NCBI GenBank assembly: GCA_900751995.1
Contig: CAADTP010000046.1
Span: 7,290-71,289 of the forward strand
Length of the DNA stretch: 64,000 bases
Reading direction: 5' to 3'
DNA from: Lachnospiraceae bacterium
GTDB lineage: Bacteria > Bacillota > Clostridia > Lachnospirales > Lachnospiraceae
The position numbers and the translations under genes are program-made. The notes beneath the pieces were generated by a model. It was given only the letters and a program-made list of their open reading frames with translations, was not told the DNA's origin and did no database searches. Positions 39,101 to 48,794 of this stretch are shown here, piece after piece. Each line of letters starts with the position of its first letter. Positions within the stretch are counted from its first letter, which is position 1.

Positions 39101-40204
39101 ATGAAATCATATTTTTTTTATACAGATCAGCTGACCGTAGGCTATGATGGAAAACCGCTGATCAAAGAAATCAATATTCAGCTGAATAAAGGAGAAATCC
39201 TGACACTGATCGGTCCCAACGGTGCCGGAAAATCTACTATTTTGAAGAGTATCACAAGACAGCTTTCCCTGATCAGCGGAACGGTATATCTGGAACAGGA
39301 ACAGATGAGCCGGATGACCAACAGGGAAGTGTCAAAAAAACTGGCTGTAGTACTTACCGGGCGCATGCGACCGGAGCTTATGACCTGTGAGGATGTGGTA
39401 TCCACCGGACGATATCCCTATACCGGAACTCTCGGGATCCTTTCCGCAGAGGACAAGGAAAAAGTTAAAAGTGCCATGGAGATGGTTCACGCCTGGGATC
39501 TGAAGGACCGGGATTTTACAGCTATCAGTGACGGACAGAGACAGCGTATCCTTCTGGCACGCGCCATCTGCCAGGAACCGGAGATCATTATCCTGGATGA
39601 ACCGACCTCCTTCCTGGATATCCGGCATAAGCTGGAGCTTCTTGCCATTTTGAAGAAGATGGTATTGGAAAAACAGATGACGGTGATCATGTCCCTTCAC
39701 GAGCTGGATCTTGCCCAGAAGATTTCTGACCAGGTGATCTGTGTTCATGGAGATCACATTGAGAAATATGGTGCACCGGAGGAAATCTTTACTTCCGATT
39801 ATATTCGGAAGCTTTATGGCATCACCCGTGGAAGCTATAATGCAGAATTCGGCTGCGTGGAAATGGAACCTCCGGCCGGAAAACCGGAGGTGTTTGTGAT
39901 CGGAGGAAATGGAAGTGGGATTCCGGTATATCGGAAGCTGCAGCGACAGGGGATTCCTTTTGTGACCGGAGTTCTCCATACCAATGATGCAGATTATCAG
40001 GTGGCAAAAGAACTGGCTGCAAAAGTGATCACGGAGAAGCCTTTTGAATGCATTTCGGAGTCTGCCTTTGAAGAAGCACTGGAGTTCATGGGAAAATGTG
40101 AAAAAGTGTACTGTCCGCTGAAGGATTTTGGTATCATGAATGAAAAAAACCGGGAATTGTTGAAAAAAGCAAAAGAAACCGGAAAATTAAACCAGATCAG
40201 ATAA
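39101..40204 (+). CDS. ABC ATPase (FecE/BtuD-like) with C-terminal extension
   Basis: GPNGAGKST, ISDGQRQR, LDEPT, SLHEL; extra ~110-aa tail starting VFVIGGNGSG. Confidence 0.93.
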   Translation: MKSYFFYTDQLTVGYDGKPLIKEINIQLNKGEILTLIGPNGAGKSTILKSITRQLSLISGTVYLEQEQMSRMTNREVSKKLAVVLTGRMRPELMTCEDVVSTGRYPYTGTLGILSAEDKEKVKSAMEMVHAWDLKDRDFTAISDGQRQRILLARAICQEPEIIILDEPTSFLDIRHKLELLAILKKMVLEKQMTVIMSLHELDLAQKISDQVICVHGDHIEKYGAPEEIFTSDYIRKLYGITRGSYNAEFGCVEMEPPAGKPEVFVIGGNGSGIPVYRKLQRQGIPFVTGVLHTNDADYQVAKELAAKVITEKPFECISESAFEEALEFMGKCEKVYCPLKDFGIMNEKNRELLKKAKETGKLNQIR

Positions 40205-40449
40205 GTTCTCTGGGAAAATGAGAAAAGCAATAAAACGCTGTCAGAAATGAGTGATATAATTTCCGGCAGCGTTTTTTATATAATATAAATTACAAATATT
40301 TCAGCAGCTGTGTTATAATGTGACAAGAACGACAGATCGTGAAGCGCTCGCATTCGTGGAGATGTAAGTAACGAAGAGGAATGTCCGCTTTACACCGCAA
40401 AAGTTAAGTAGATACAATCGATCCGAAAAAATATATGGAGGGAAGATCA

Positions 40450-42153
40450 ATGAAAAAAAGAAACATGATCGCAGCTCTGCTCTGCAGTGCATGCCTTGTG
40501 GCAGGAAGTGTAAATCCCGTATTTGCAGATGCATCGAAGGTAGTAACACTTGGAGCAGATCTTACGGATGCTCAGAAGCAGACAATGATGAAATATTTTA
40601 ATGTAAGTTCCGATCAGGTGCAGGTGATGACCATTACAAATGAGGATGAGCATAAACACCTGGATAATATCGCACCACAGTCCCAGATCGGTTCCAGAAC
40701 TTTGAGCTGTGCCTATGTGAAGCCTACACAGTCCGGCGGGATTAAGGTCCGCACAGCAAATCTGAACTGGGTGACAGGTAATATGATCGCAACGACACTT
40801 TCCACATCCGGTGTGAAGAACTGTGAAGTAGTTGCTGCCTGCCCGATGGAAGTATCCGGAACAGGCGCACTTACCGGCATCCAGATGGCATATGAGAAGG
40901 CCAGTGGAGAGAAGCTGGATGAGACCAAGACGAAGCTTGCCAACCAGGAGATCGTAACCACCGGTGAGCTTGCAGATAAGGTTGGTAAAAATGAGGCGAC
41001 AACAGTTGTAAACCAGTCCAAGATGGATGTGATCCAGAACGGAGTACAGAATGCAGATGAGATTCAGAATATTGTAATCAATGTGGCTGAGCAGAACAAT
41101 ATTTCCGTAAGCCAGGACGATATTGACAGGATCGTGTCTCTTCTGAAGCAGATCTCACAGCAGGATTACAATTATGATGATGTGAAGGAAACACTGGAGC
41201 AGGTAGATGCCAATACCACAGGCCAGACCTCTTCCTCTGATGATACGTTGGATGGCGAGAGCAGTGATGAAACCGTAGATGTGGATGCAGATTCTTCTGA
41301 TGATATCGTCAACAATGTAAATGACAGCATTCTTGGTGACGATGTGATCCAGAGCTCCACAGAGGATCCGGGTCTTGAGGAAGAAACAGGAGCAGATTCT
41401 CAGGATACAAGCAATGAGACCGGAATCCCGGATGCTACCGACGACGGAACCTATAGCAATGAGGAAAGCTCGGACGAAAGCAGTACAGATGAAAGTGCAT
41501 CCGACGAGAGCAGTACAGACGAAAGTGCATCTGACGAGAACAGCACAGAGGATAGTGCATCTGACGAGAGCAGCACAGATGAAAGCACTTCTGACGAGGC
41601 TGCATCCGATGAGACCGGAATCCCGGAGGCAACAGAAGATACAGAATCTTCAGAAAGTACAGAGGGCTCAGACCAGGCAGACAGTGCAGAAAACGATACT
41701 TCCGTGCTCAGCGAAGAAGCAAAGAACAATTATGACAAATTTGTCCTCTTTGTAAAAGGCGAGTATGAGGGAGATGCAGATTCCCTTCTCGCTGCAACGG
41801 AGGATACAGAGGCAGTGGCAACGGTAACACTGGATGAGCAGACAGCGAAGAGTGTGGCAGAAACTGTTGAGAAGGATTATTATGATATCCTGAAGGATGG
41901 TACAGAATCCTATGAGGCAGATGGTACAGAAAAATATCAGAGTACAGAGCTGAATATGATGGATCAGAAGCTGAAGAAGCTGTTCAGTATTGACAGTTCC
42001 CAGGAGGACACAGAGGCCACAGACGTGACAGCAGCTATTCTTGCAGATGTTCCCCAGGAAGATAAGCAGACACTTTATAAAGAAACCATGAAATATCTGG
42101 CAGGTCTTTACGGCGAGAACACGGACTCTTCTGAGGAATCCGCAGCAGAATAA
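40450..42153 (+). CDS. DUF1002-family secreted protein with a long acidic repeat region
   Basis: Signal peptide; VVTLGADLT, ITNEDEH, VAACPMEVSGTGALTGI..AYE. Confidence 0.8.
   Translation: MKKRNMIAALLCSACLVAGSVNPVFADASKVVTLGADLTDAQKQTMMKYFNVSSDQVQVMTITNEDEHKHLDNIAPQSQIGSRTLSCAYVKPTQSGGIKVRTANLNWVTGNMIATTLSTSGVKNCEVVAACPMEVSGTGALTGIQMAYEKASGEKLDETKTKLANQEIVTTGELADKVGKNEATTVVNQSKMDVIQNGVQNADEIQNIVINVAEQNNISVSQDDIDRIVSLLKQISQQDYNYDDVKETLEQVDANTTGQTSSSDDTLDGESSDETVDVDADSSDDIVNNVNDSILGDDVIQSSTEDPGLEEETGADSQDTSNETGIPDATDDGTYSNEESSDESSTDESASDESSTDESASDENSTEDSASDESSTDESTSDEAASDETGIPEATEDTESSESTEGSDQADSAENDTSVLSEEAKNNYDKFVLFVKGEYEGDADSLLAATEDTEAVATVTLDEQTAKSVAETVEKDYYDILKDGTESYEADGTEKYQSTELNMMDQKLKKLFSIDSSQEDTEATDVTAAILADVPQEDKQTLYKETMKYLAGLYGENTDSSEESAAE
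41473..41592 (+). repeat. In-frame 30-bp tandem repeat, four copies (DESSTDESAS)
   Basis: GACGARAGCAGYACAGAYGAAAGTGCATCY units at 41473, 41503, 41533, 41563. Confidence 0.85.
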
Positions 42154-42174
42154 AAGATTTACAGAAAAAGAGAT

Positions 42175-42220
42175 AAAAAATACCGCAGCAGAGAAAACAA
42201 CCTCTGCTGCGGTATTTTTT
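42175..42220 (+). terminator. Intrinsic terminator
   Basis: AAAAAATACCGCAGCAGAG-N8-CTCTGCTGCGGTATTTTTT. Confidence 0.85.
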
Positions 42221-42385
42221 GTCGTGCCGGAAAGATATCATGAAAATTTTGTGATTTACGACAAGGATTTGTGTAAGCACTGGAAAAATGGATTTTTCTG
42301 TGATAAAATTGACCGTAAATCGGTTTTGTGGACTCATACATCGCAAACCGTGATAGGGAAACGAGAAAGGGAAAAGGTAGAATTT

Positions 42386-43588
42386 ATGAGCCTGGCAGTA
42401 GTAACATTAAAAAAAGGCGAAGGCAGATTCCTGAAATCAGGAGGCCTCTGGGTATATGACAATGAGATCGCAAGCATCATGGGAAGCTTTGTGAACGGAG
42501 ATATCGTTCTGGTCCGGGACTTTGACGGATATCCAATGGGAAGAGGATTTATCAACACCAATTCCAAGATCACAGTCCGTATGCTTACCAGAGATGAGCG
42601 TACAGAGATCAGTCCGGAATTTTTGAAACAACGTGTCCGCGACGCATGGGAGTATCGTAAGAAGGTAGTAGATACCGGAAGCTGCCGTGTGATCTTCGGA
42701 GAAGCAGACTTTCTTCCGGGTCTTGTTGTGGATAAGTTTTCAGATGTGCTTGTTGTACAGTCTCTTGCACTGGGAATCGACCGTCTTAAAGAAACGATCC
42801 TAGATGCACTGAAGGAAGTCCTTGCTGAGGATGGGATCCGGATCCGTGGAGTCTATGAGCGAAGTGATGCAAAGGTACGCCGCCAGGAAGGAATGGAACT
42901 TACCAAGGGATTTATCGGAGAAGAATTTCCGACACTTGTTCAGATTGAAGAGAACGGTGTGAAATATGAAGTAGATATCAGGGACGGGCAGAAGACCGGA
43001 TTTTTCCTGGATCAGAAATATAACCGTCTTGCTATCCAGAAGCTCTGCAAGGGGGCGAAGGTTCTGGACTGCTTTACACATACCGGCTCTTTTGCCCTGA
43101 ATGCGGGAATTGCAGGGGCACAGAGTGTTCTCGGTGTGGATGCGTCGGAAACTGCAGTCCTGCAGGCAAGACGAAACGCCAGTCTGAACGGCCTGGACGG
43201 AACAGTGAAATTCCTCTGTGAGGATGTTTTTGAACTTCTTCCCGAGCTTGAGGAGAAGGGAGAGAAATTTGATGTTGTGGTACTGGATCCTCCGGCATTT
43301 ACGAAATCCAGAAGCTCTGTAAAAAATGCCATCAAGGGATACCGTGAGATCAATCTCCGTGCAATGCGTCTTGTAAAGGACGGCGGATTTCTTGCAACCT
43401 GTTCCTGCTCTCATTTTATGACGTATGAGCTGTTTACACAGACCATCGGTCAGGCAGCGAAGAATGTCCATAAGAGACTGCGCCAGGTAGAGTACCGTAC
43501 ACAGGCACCGGATCATCCGATCCTCTGGTCAGCAGATGAGTCCTATTATCTGAAATTCTACATTTTCCAGGTATGCAATGACCGTTAG
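42386..43588 (+). CDS. RlmI/YccW-family SAM-dependent 23S rRNA m5C methyltransferase
   Basis: PUA domain (LWVYDNEI), GEADFLPGLVVD, GQKTGFFLDQ, LDCFTHTGSF, LDPPAF, TCSCS. Start moved to ATG 42386. Confidence 0.9.
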   Translation: MSLAVVTLKKGEGRFLKSGGLWVYDNEIASIMGSFVNGDIVLVRDFDGYPMGRGFINTNSKITVRMLTRDERTEISPEFLKQRVRDAWEYRKKVVDTGSCRVIFGEADFLPGLVVDKFSDVLVVQSLALGIDRLKETILDALKEVLAEDGIRIRGVYERSDAKVRRQEGMELTKGFIGEEFPTLVQIEENGVKYEVDIRDGQKTGFFLDQKYNRLAIQKLCKGAKVLDCFTHTGSFALNAGIAGAQSVLGVDASETAVLQARRNASLNGLDGTVKFLCEDVFELLPELEEKGEKFDVVVLDPPAFTKSRSSVKNAIKGYREINLRAMRLVKDGGFLATCSCSHFMTYELFTQTIGQAAKNVHKRLRQVEYRTQAPDHPILWSADESYYLKFYIFQVCNDR

Positions 43589-43662
43589 GAACTGCCATCC
43601 GGATTTTTTTACGGAAATTTTTGGGCAGTGCCGTCTGGCAGTGAAAAGGAGATGCAGATCAT

Positions 43663-44076
43663 ATGAGAGACAAATTCAATAAATTTATGCAGGGACGTTA
43701 TGGAGTGGATGATCTTTCCAGGTTCACCATGGGAGTCGCACTGGTTCTGATCATTCTGGCAATGTTTGCTAATATATTCAGCAGAACTGTCGGCAGCACC
43801 CTTGACATTCTCGGGGTCGCAGCAATCGTATATGCATATATACGTATTTTTTCCAGAAATATCCAGCAGCGTTATGCCGAAAATCAGAAATTCCTTCAGA
43901 TGACGTCAAAGTTCCGTTTTCGCTTTAATAAAGAAAAGGATCTGATGAAGCAGAGAAAGACCCATCACATCTACAGCTGTCCGGGCTGCGGACAGAAGAT
44001 ACGTATTCCAAAGGGAAAGGGCAAGATCGAGATCGAATGTCCGAAATGCCACACAAAATTCGTAAAAAGGAGCTGA
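43663..44076 (+). CDS. Hypothetical membrane protein with a C-terminal Zn ribbon
   Basis: FMQGRYGVDDL, two TM helices, CPGC...RIPKGKG...CPKC. Confidence 0.75.
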   Translation: MRDKFNKFMQGRYGVDDLSRFTMGVALVLIILAMFANIFSRTVGSTLDILGVAAIVYAYIRIFSRNIQQRYAENQKFLQMTSKFRFRFNKEKDLMKQRKTHHIYSCPGCGQKIRIPKGKGKIEIECPKCHTKFVKRS

Positions 44077-44077
44077 C

Positions 44078-44926
44078 ATGTTCGGATATGTGACCGTTAA
44101 TAAACCGGAAATAAAATTCAAGGATTTTGATGTGTACCGTTCTTTTTACTGCGGTCTTTGCAGAGAATTGCGGGAGAGATACGGGATACCGGGACAGATC
44201 TCACTGACTTATGATATGACATTTGTGGTCCTTCTTTTAAGCGCTCTTTATGAACCGCCAACGAAGAAGGGAACCTCCAGGTGTGTGGTCCATCCGCTGA
44301 AGCCCCAGCCGGTGCGCAAAAATACAGTAACTGAGTACTGTGCGGATATGAATGTGATCCTTACCTATTACAAATGTATGGATGACTGGCAGGATGAACA
44401 CAAACCACTGCGCTATGCATATGCAGGAATTCTGAAGAATTGCGGAAATATGCATATGTCCGCTTATCCGGAGAAGATCCAAAGGATCCGAAACGCACTA
44501 GAGGAGCTTTCTTCCCTGGAAAAACAGGGGGAAACCGATGTGGACCGTGTAGCCGGATGTTCCGGACGTATCATGGAAGAGATTCTGGCCTTCCGTAAGG
44601 ATGTCTGGGAATCGTCCCTGCGCCGTCTGGGATTTTATCTCGGAAAATTTATCTACATCCTGGATGCTTATGACGATGTGGAAAAAGATGCAGAAAACGG
44701 AAATTACAATCCTTTCCTTGAAAAATATAAGATAGAAGGGTTCGAGGAAGAGGTACGTCGGCTTCTTATGATGATGCTTGCAGAATGCTGCAGAGAATTT
44801 GAAAAGCTGCCGATCCTCCGATACGGAGATATCCTTCGAAATATTTTATATTCCGGCGTCTGGTGCCGCTTTGCGGCGATCGGACAGAAGCGCAGGGAAG
44901 AACGGGAGAAAGAGAAAAAATGTTAG
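44078..44926 (+). CDS. Conserved hypothetical protein (DUF5685-like)
   Basis: MFGYV, YCGLC..L...[28 protein letters not shown]...[14 protein letters not shown]. Confidence 0.75.
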   Translation: MFGYVTVNKPEIKFKDFDVYRSFYCGLCRELRERYGIPGQISLTYDMTFVVLLLSALYEPPTKKGTSRCVVHPLKPQPVRKNTVTEYCADMNVILTYYKCMDDWQDEHKPLRYAYAGILKNCGNMHMSAYPEKIQRIRNALEELSSLEKQGETDVDRVAGCSGRIMEEILAFRKDVWESSLRRLGFYLGKFIYILDAYDDVEKDAENGNYNPFLEKYKIEGFEEEVRRLLMMMLAECCREFEKLPILRYGDILRNILYSGVWCRFAAIGQKRREEREKEKKC

Positions 44927-45567
44927 ATCCATACAGCGTGCTGGGAGTTCCCAGAAACGCATCTGATGATGAAATAAAAAAGGCATACCGGAAGCTGAGC
45001 CGAAAGTATCACCCGGATGCCAATATCAATAATCCGAATAAGGATCAGGCCGAAGAAAAATTCAAAGAAGTGCAGCAGGCTTACGAGCAGATCATGAAAG
45101 AGCGTGAGTACGGAAGTAGTTCCCAGAATGGCTATGGCGGCTACGGAAATTACGGTGGTTTTGGAAATTACGGAAATGCCGGTTCCAGTGCCTATCAGGA
45201 TGAGGAAAGTATGCGCAGAAGGGCGGCCGCCAATTATGTGCAGAGCGGTCATTTTCAGGAAGCTATGAATGTACTGGATTCTCTTGGTCAGAAAAATGGG
45301 GAATGGTATTACCTGGCTGCTATGGCAAATATGGGAATGGGAAATAATGTAACAGCTCTGGATCAGATTCGTGAAGCAGTCCGTCAGGAACCGGATAATA
45401 TGCAGTACCGTATGCTGCTCCAGAGAATGGAAGGCGGTGGCGGCTGGTATCAGCAGCGGCAGGATCCCTTTGGGGGAATGCCGACTGCAGAAGGGGATAT
45501 GTGTGATGCCTGCTGCAGGACCATGGCCTGTTTCATGTGCTGGCCGGGCGGCTTTTTCTGCTGCTGA
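44920..45567 (+). CDS. J-domain (DnaJ-like) protein with TPR-like middle and Cys-rich C terminus
   Basis: DPYSVLGV...[15 protein letters not shown]; tail [13 protein letters not shown]...CC. Start moved to ATG 44920. Confidence 0.85.
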   Translation: MLDPYSVLGVPRNASDDEIKKAYRKLSRKYHPDANINNPNKDQAEEKFKEVQQAYEQIMKEREYGSSSQNGYGGYGNYGGFGNYGNAGSSAYQDEESMRRRAAANYVQSGHFQEAMNVLDSLGQKNGEWYYLAAMANMGMGNNVTALDQIREAVRQEPDNMQYRMLLQRMEGGGGWYQQRQDPFGGMPTAEGDMCDACCRTMACFMCWPGGFFCC

Positions 45568-45760
45568 TGCAGGAACAAAGCGGTCATCGATATCCCGGAA
45601 TTGAGAATCGGAATATCCTGAGGCAGCATATCCATATGTTTGTAAGGCGGATCCTGCAGATCCGTTTTGCGATATAGATCGCAGAGGGATTTTTCTGACA
45701 GAAATTCACAATGCTGTCCGGAAAATGTCATACTGCAGAGAAAAAGAGGAGGAAATCGTT

Positions 45761-46747
45761 ATGAGTATAAGAATTGGTATTTTAGGTTACGGAAACCTGG
45801 GACGCGGCGTGGAGTGCGCCATCAAGCATAATCCGGATACAGAGCTGGTTGCAGTATTTACCAGACGTGATCCAGAGACTGTAAAGATCCTTACAGAGAC
45901 CGCAAAGGTTTATTCTGTAAAAGATGCGGAGAAGCTGAAGGATGAGATCGATGTCCTGATCATCTGTGGAGGAAGTGCTACAGATCTTCCTGTTCAGACA
46001 CCGGAGTATGTAAAATATTTCAATGTTGTGGACAGCTTTGATACACATAAGAAAATCCCGGAGCATTTTGCAAATGTTGACAAGGCAGCAGCAGAGAGTG
46101 GACATGTAGGAATCATTTCCGTAGGCTGGGATCCAGGAATGTTTTCTCTGAACCGTATGTATGCAAATGCGATCCTTACAAATGGAAACGACTACACATT
46201 CTGGGGCAAGGGTGTCAGCCAGGGACATTCTGATGCAGTCCGCCGCATCAAAGGCGTAAAGGATGCAAAGCAGTACACTATTCCGGTAGAAGCTGCACTT
46301 GAGGCAGTAAGAAACGGAGAAAATCCGGAGCTTACCACACGCCAGAAACATACAAGAGAGTGCTTCGTAGTTGCTGAGGAAGGTGCTGATCTTGCACGCA
46401 TCGAGGAAGAGATCAAGACCATGCCGAACTACTTTGACGAGTATGATACAACGGTACATTTCATTTCCCAGGAAGAGCTGGACCGTGACCACAGCGGTAT
46501 CCCGCACGGCGGTTTTGTGATCCGCAGCGGAAAAACAGGCTGGAACAATGAGAACAGCCATGTGATCGAGTACAGCCTGAAGCTGGATTCCAATCCTGAG
46601 TTCACATCTTCTGTGATCGTTGCCTATGCAAGAGCTGCATACCGCATGAACCAGGAAGGACAGAAGGGCTGCAAGACCGTATTTGATGTTGCACCTGCAT
46701 ATTTAAGTGCCCTTGACGGAGCAGAGCTTCGCAAAAAATTCCTGTAA
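45761..46747 (+). CDS. ddh: meso-diaminopimelate dehydrogenase
   Basis: GYGNLG, CGGSATDL, VDSFDTH, GWDPG, TFWGKGVSQGHSDA, QYTIP, HGG, SNPEFT. Confidence 0.96.
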   Translation: MSIRIGILGYGNLGRGVECAIKHNPDTELVAVFTRRDPETVKILTETAKVYSVKDAEKLKDEIDVLIICGGSATDLPVQTPEYVKYFNVVDSFDTHKKIPEHFANVDKAAAESGHVGIISVGWDPGMFSLNRMYANAILTNGNDYTFWGKGVSQGHSDAVRRIKGVKDAKQYTIPVEAALEAVRNGENPELTTRQKHTRECFVVAEEGADLARIEEEIKTMPNYFDEYDTTVHFISQEELDRDHSGIPHGGFVIRSGKTGWNNENSHVIEYSLKLDSNPEFTSSVIVAYARAAYRMNQEGQKGCKTVFDVAPAYLSALDGAELRKKFL

Positions 46748-46937
46748 GGATCTGTAACAGACAGGAGCAAAACTGCATAAAAGATTATATCCCCGGAGCA
46801 TCGGTGAATATTTCTGATGTTTCGGGGCTTTTTTCTGCATAAAATCAACATTGGTAATACCTGGATGATGATTTTTCTGAAAGAAAAGGAAAGAGTTGAC
46901 GGACCGTAAAGAATGTTATATAATATGGACGTAAAAT

Positions 46938-46954
46938 TGTAACAAAATTGTAAC
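46938..46954 (+). promoter_or_regulatory. WalR-type direct repeat upstream of a cell-wall hydrolase
   Basis: TGTAAC-AAAAT-TGTAAC matches TGTWAH-N5-TGTWAH, just downstream of a TTGACG...TATAAT promoter. Confidence 0.65.
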
Positions 46955-47020
46955 GTTTACGATCAGTCGGACTTAAGAAATAGTAAATATCAATGATCTA
47001 TCTATCAAAGGAAGGTATGT

Positions 47021-48511
47021 ATGCGAAAATTAAGCAGAAAATGGAAACTCTGGGGACTTTTTTTTGTTCTGATGTTCTTTGCAGCCGGAGCAACTGTACA
47101 TACAACGGCAACAGATGTACAGGCTGCGACCAAAAACGGCTTTAAAACAGAAAAAGGAAAGTCCTATTATTATCAGAATGGACAGAAGGTAAAAGGCTGG
47201 CTTACACTGAACGGGAAGAAATATTTTTTTAATAAATCCACAGGCGTGCAGATGAAGCGTTGGGCTAAGGATTCCAAGGGCAAACGATATTTTTATAATG
47301 TCAACGGTGCCAAGGGCTATATGGCAACAGGCTGGCTTACAGACAGTAAGAACAATACCCGCTATTTTAATCCCACCAGCGGATATATGACAACGAAATG
47401 GGCCACGATCAGCAATAAGAAATATTATTTCTACAGCGGCAGTGGTGCTGCAGCCAGAAGTGTATTCCTTACAGACAAGAAGAATGTGACCAGATATTTT
47501 ACCAGCAAATGCTTTATGGCAAAGGGCTGGGCAACGAATAAGAAACAGCAGAAGCGTTATTTTAATCCAAACACGGGAGCTATGTATAAGGGCTTCAAGA
47601 AGATCGGCAGCGATACCTATTATTTTTACAGCAAGAGCGGCGTGATGGCTACCGGTTGGGTCACAAATTCCAAAAAAGGATATAAATATTATTTCGATCC
47701 GTCAACCGGTGTCATGGCTACGGGAACGAAGACGATCGATGGCAAGAAGTATACATTTGGCAGCAATGGTGTCCTGGATACCAACCCAAGCACTACTACA
47801 GTGACAAGCTCCAAGACTATCAAGAATTTCCTTGCCAATGCATTACTTCCGGTAGGAAAGACTCTTTACGTATGGGGCGGCGGCCACAACTGGTCAGATG
47901 CGACCAGAAAGGGCATCAGTCCAAAATGGAAACAGTGGTATGACAGCAATTCCAGCTCCTATAATTACAGATATTATATGGATCTCAGTGAAGCTACAGA
48001 ACAGAAGGGCCTTGACTGCTCCGGCTTTGTAGGATGGTCTGTATATCAGATCATGCAGAGCAGATCCGGTGGACCTATGTACACGGATGTTTCCGGAAAT
48101 CTTGGATCTTTGTATTCCGGCAAGGGAATGGGTACCGTTGTTTCCCAGGCTCAGCTGGCAAGCTCAAACTGGAAGCTTTATCCTGGGGATATCGGATACA
48201 ACAGCGGACATACCTGGATCGTTCTCGGACAGTGTTCCGATAAGAGTGTCGTGATCCTCCACTGTACACCGAATGCCGGCGTACAGATTTCCGGAACACC
48301 GACACCAAGCGGAACTTACGGAAGCCAGGCGATCAAGCTGGCAGAAACTTACATGTCCAGGTATCCTGGAGTCAGCAAATATGATTATCATGAATCCAGT
48401 GGTAACTATATCCGAAACGGTGCATACTTCAGATGGAACAGAAGCACTCTTTCCGATCCCAACGGATATCTGAACAAGACAGCCAATCAGATCCTTGCAG
48501 ATCTTTTCTGA
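47021..48511 (+). CDS. Secreted NlpC/P60-like cell-wall hydrolase with choline/glucan-binding-type repeats
   Basis: Signal peptide; repeated KYYF/RYF...G.MATGW units; catalytic region YVWGGG...GLDCSGFV...GHTWI...HC. Confidence 0.85.
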   Translation: MRKLSRKWKLWGLFFVLMFFAAGATVHTTATDVQAATKNGFKTEKGKSYYYQNGQKVKGWLTLNGKKYFFNKSTGVQMKRWAKDSKGKRYFYNVNGAKGYMATGWLTDSKNNTRYFNPTSGYMTTKWATISNKKYYFYSGSGAAARSVFLTDKKNVTRYFTSKCFMAKGWATNKKQQKRYFNPNTGAMYKGFKKIGSDTYYFYSKSGVMATGWVTNSKKGYKYYFDPSTGVMATGTKTIDGKKYTFGSNGVLDTNPSTTTVTSSKTIKNFLANALLPVGKTLYVWGGGHNWSDATRKGISPKWKQWYDSNSSSYNYRYYMDLSEATEQKGLDCSGFVGWSVYQIMQSRSGGPMYTDVSGNLGSLYSGKGMGTVVSQAQLASSNWKLYPGDIGYNSGHTWIVLGQCSDKSVVILHCTPNAGVQISGTPTPSGTYGSQAIKLAETYMSRYPGVSKYDYHESSGNYIRNGAYFRWNRSTLSDPNGYLNKTANQILADLF

Positions 48512-48794
48512 TCAGGATATGCTGAAAGAAATTTATATGTAACAAATAGCAATAAGAAACGTGAGAGGAGAATCTGAGATAACCCGGGTTCTCCTTTTTT
48601 AATGTCAAAATCATTAATAAATGTTACAAAGTTTTAAACTAATTAATAGAAAATCCTTGCAATCCAAATAACACTGTGTTAATATATAAAAAGATTGAAA
48701 CAAGATATTGCAAAAGTATTACAAAGAAAACCAACGAAGCGGATGGTCAGATCCGCTGTATTAAATTAGAATCAGATTGCGAGGGTGAACAGTC

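Noticed and set aside
45570..45750. Lysine riboswitch upstream of ddh
   Set aside because: Small hairpins are present, but the conserved AGAGGNGC, GCCGAA and CTGTC...GAGCGCT elements and a terminator are not.
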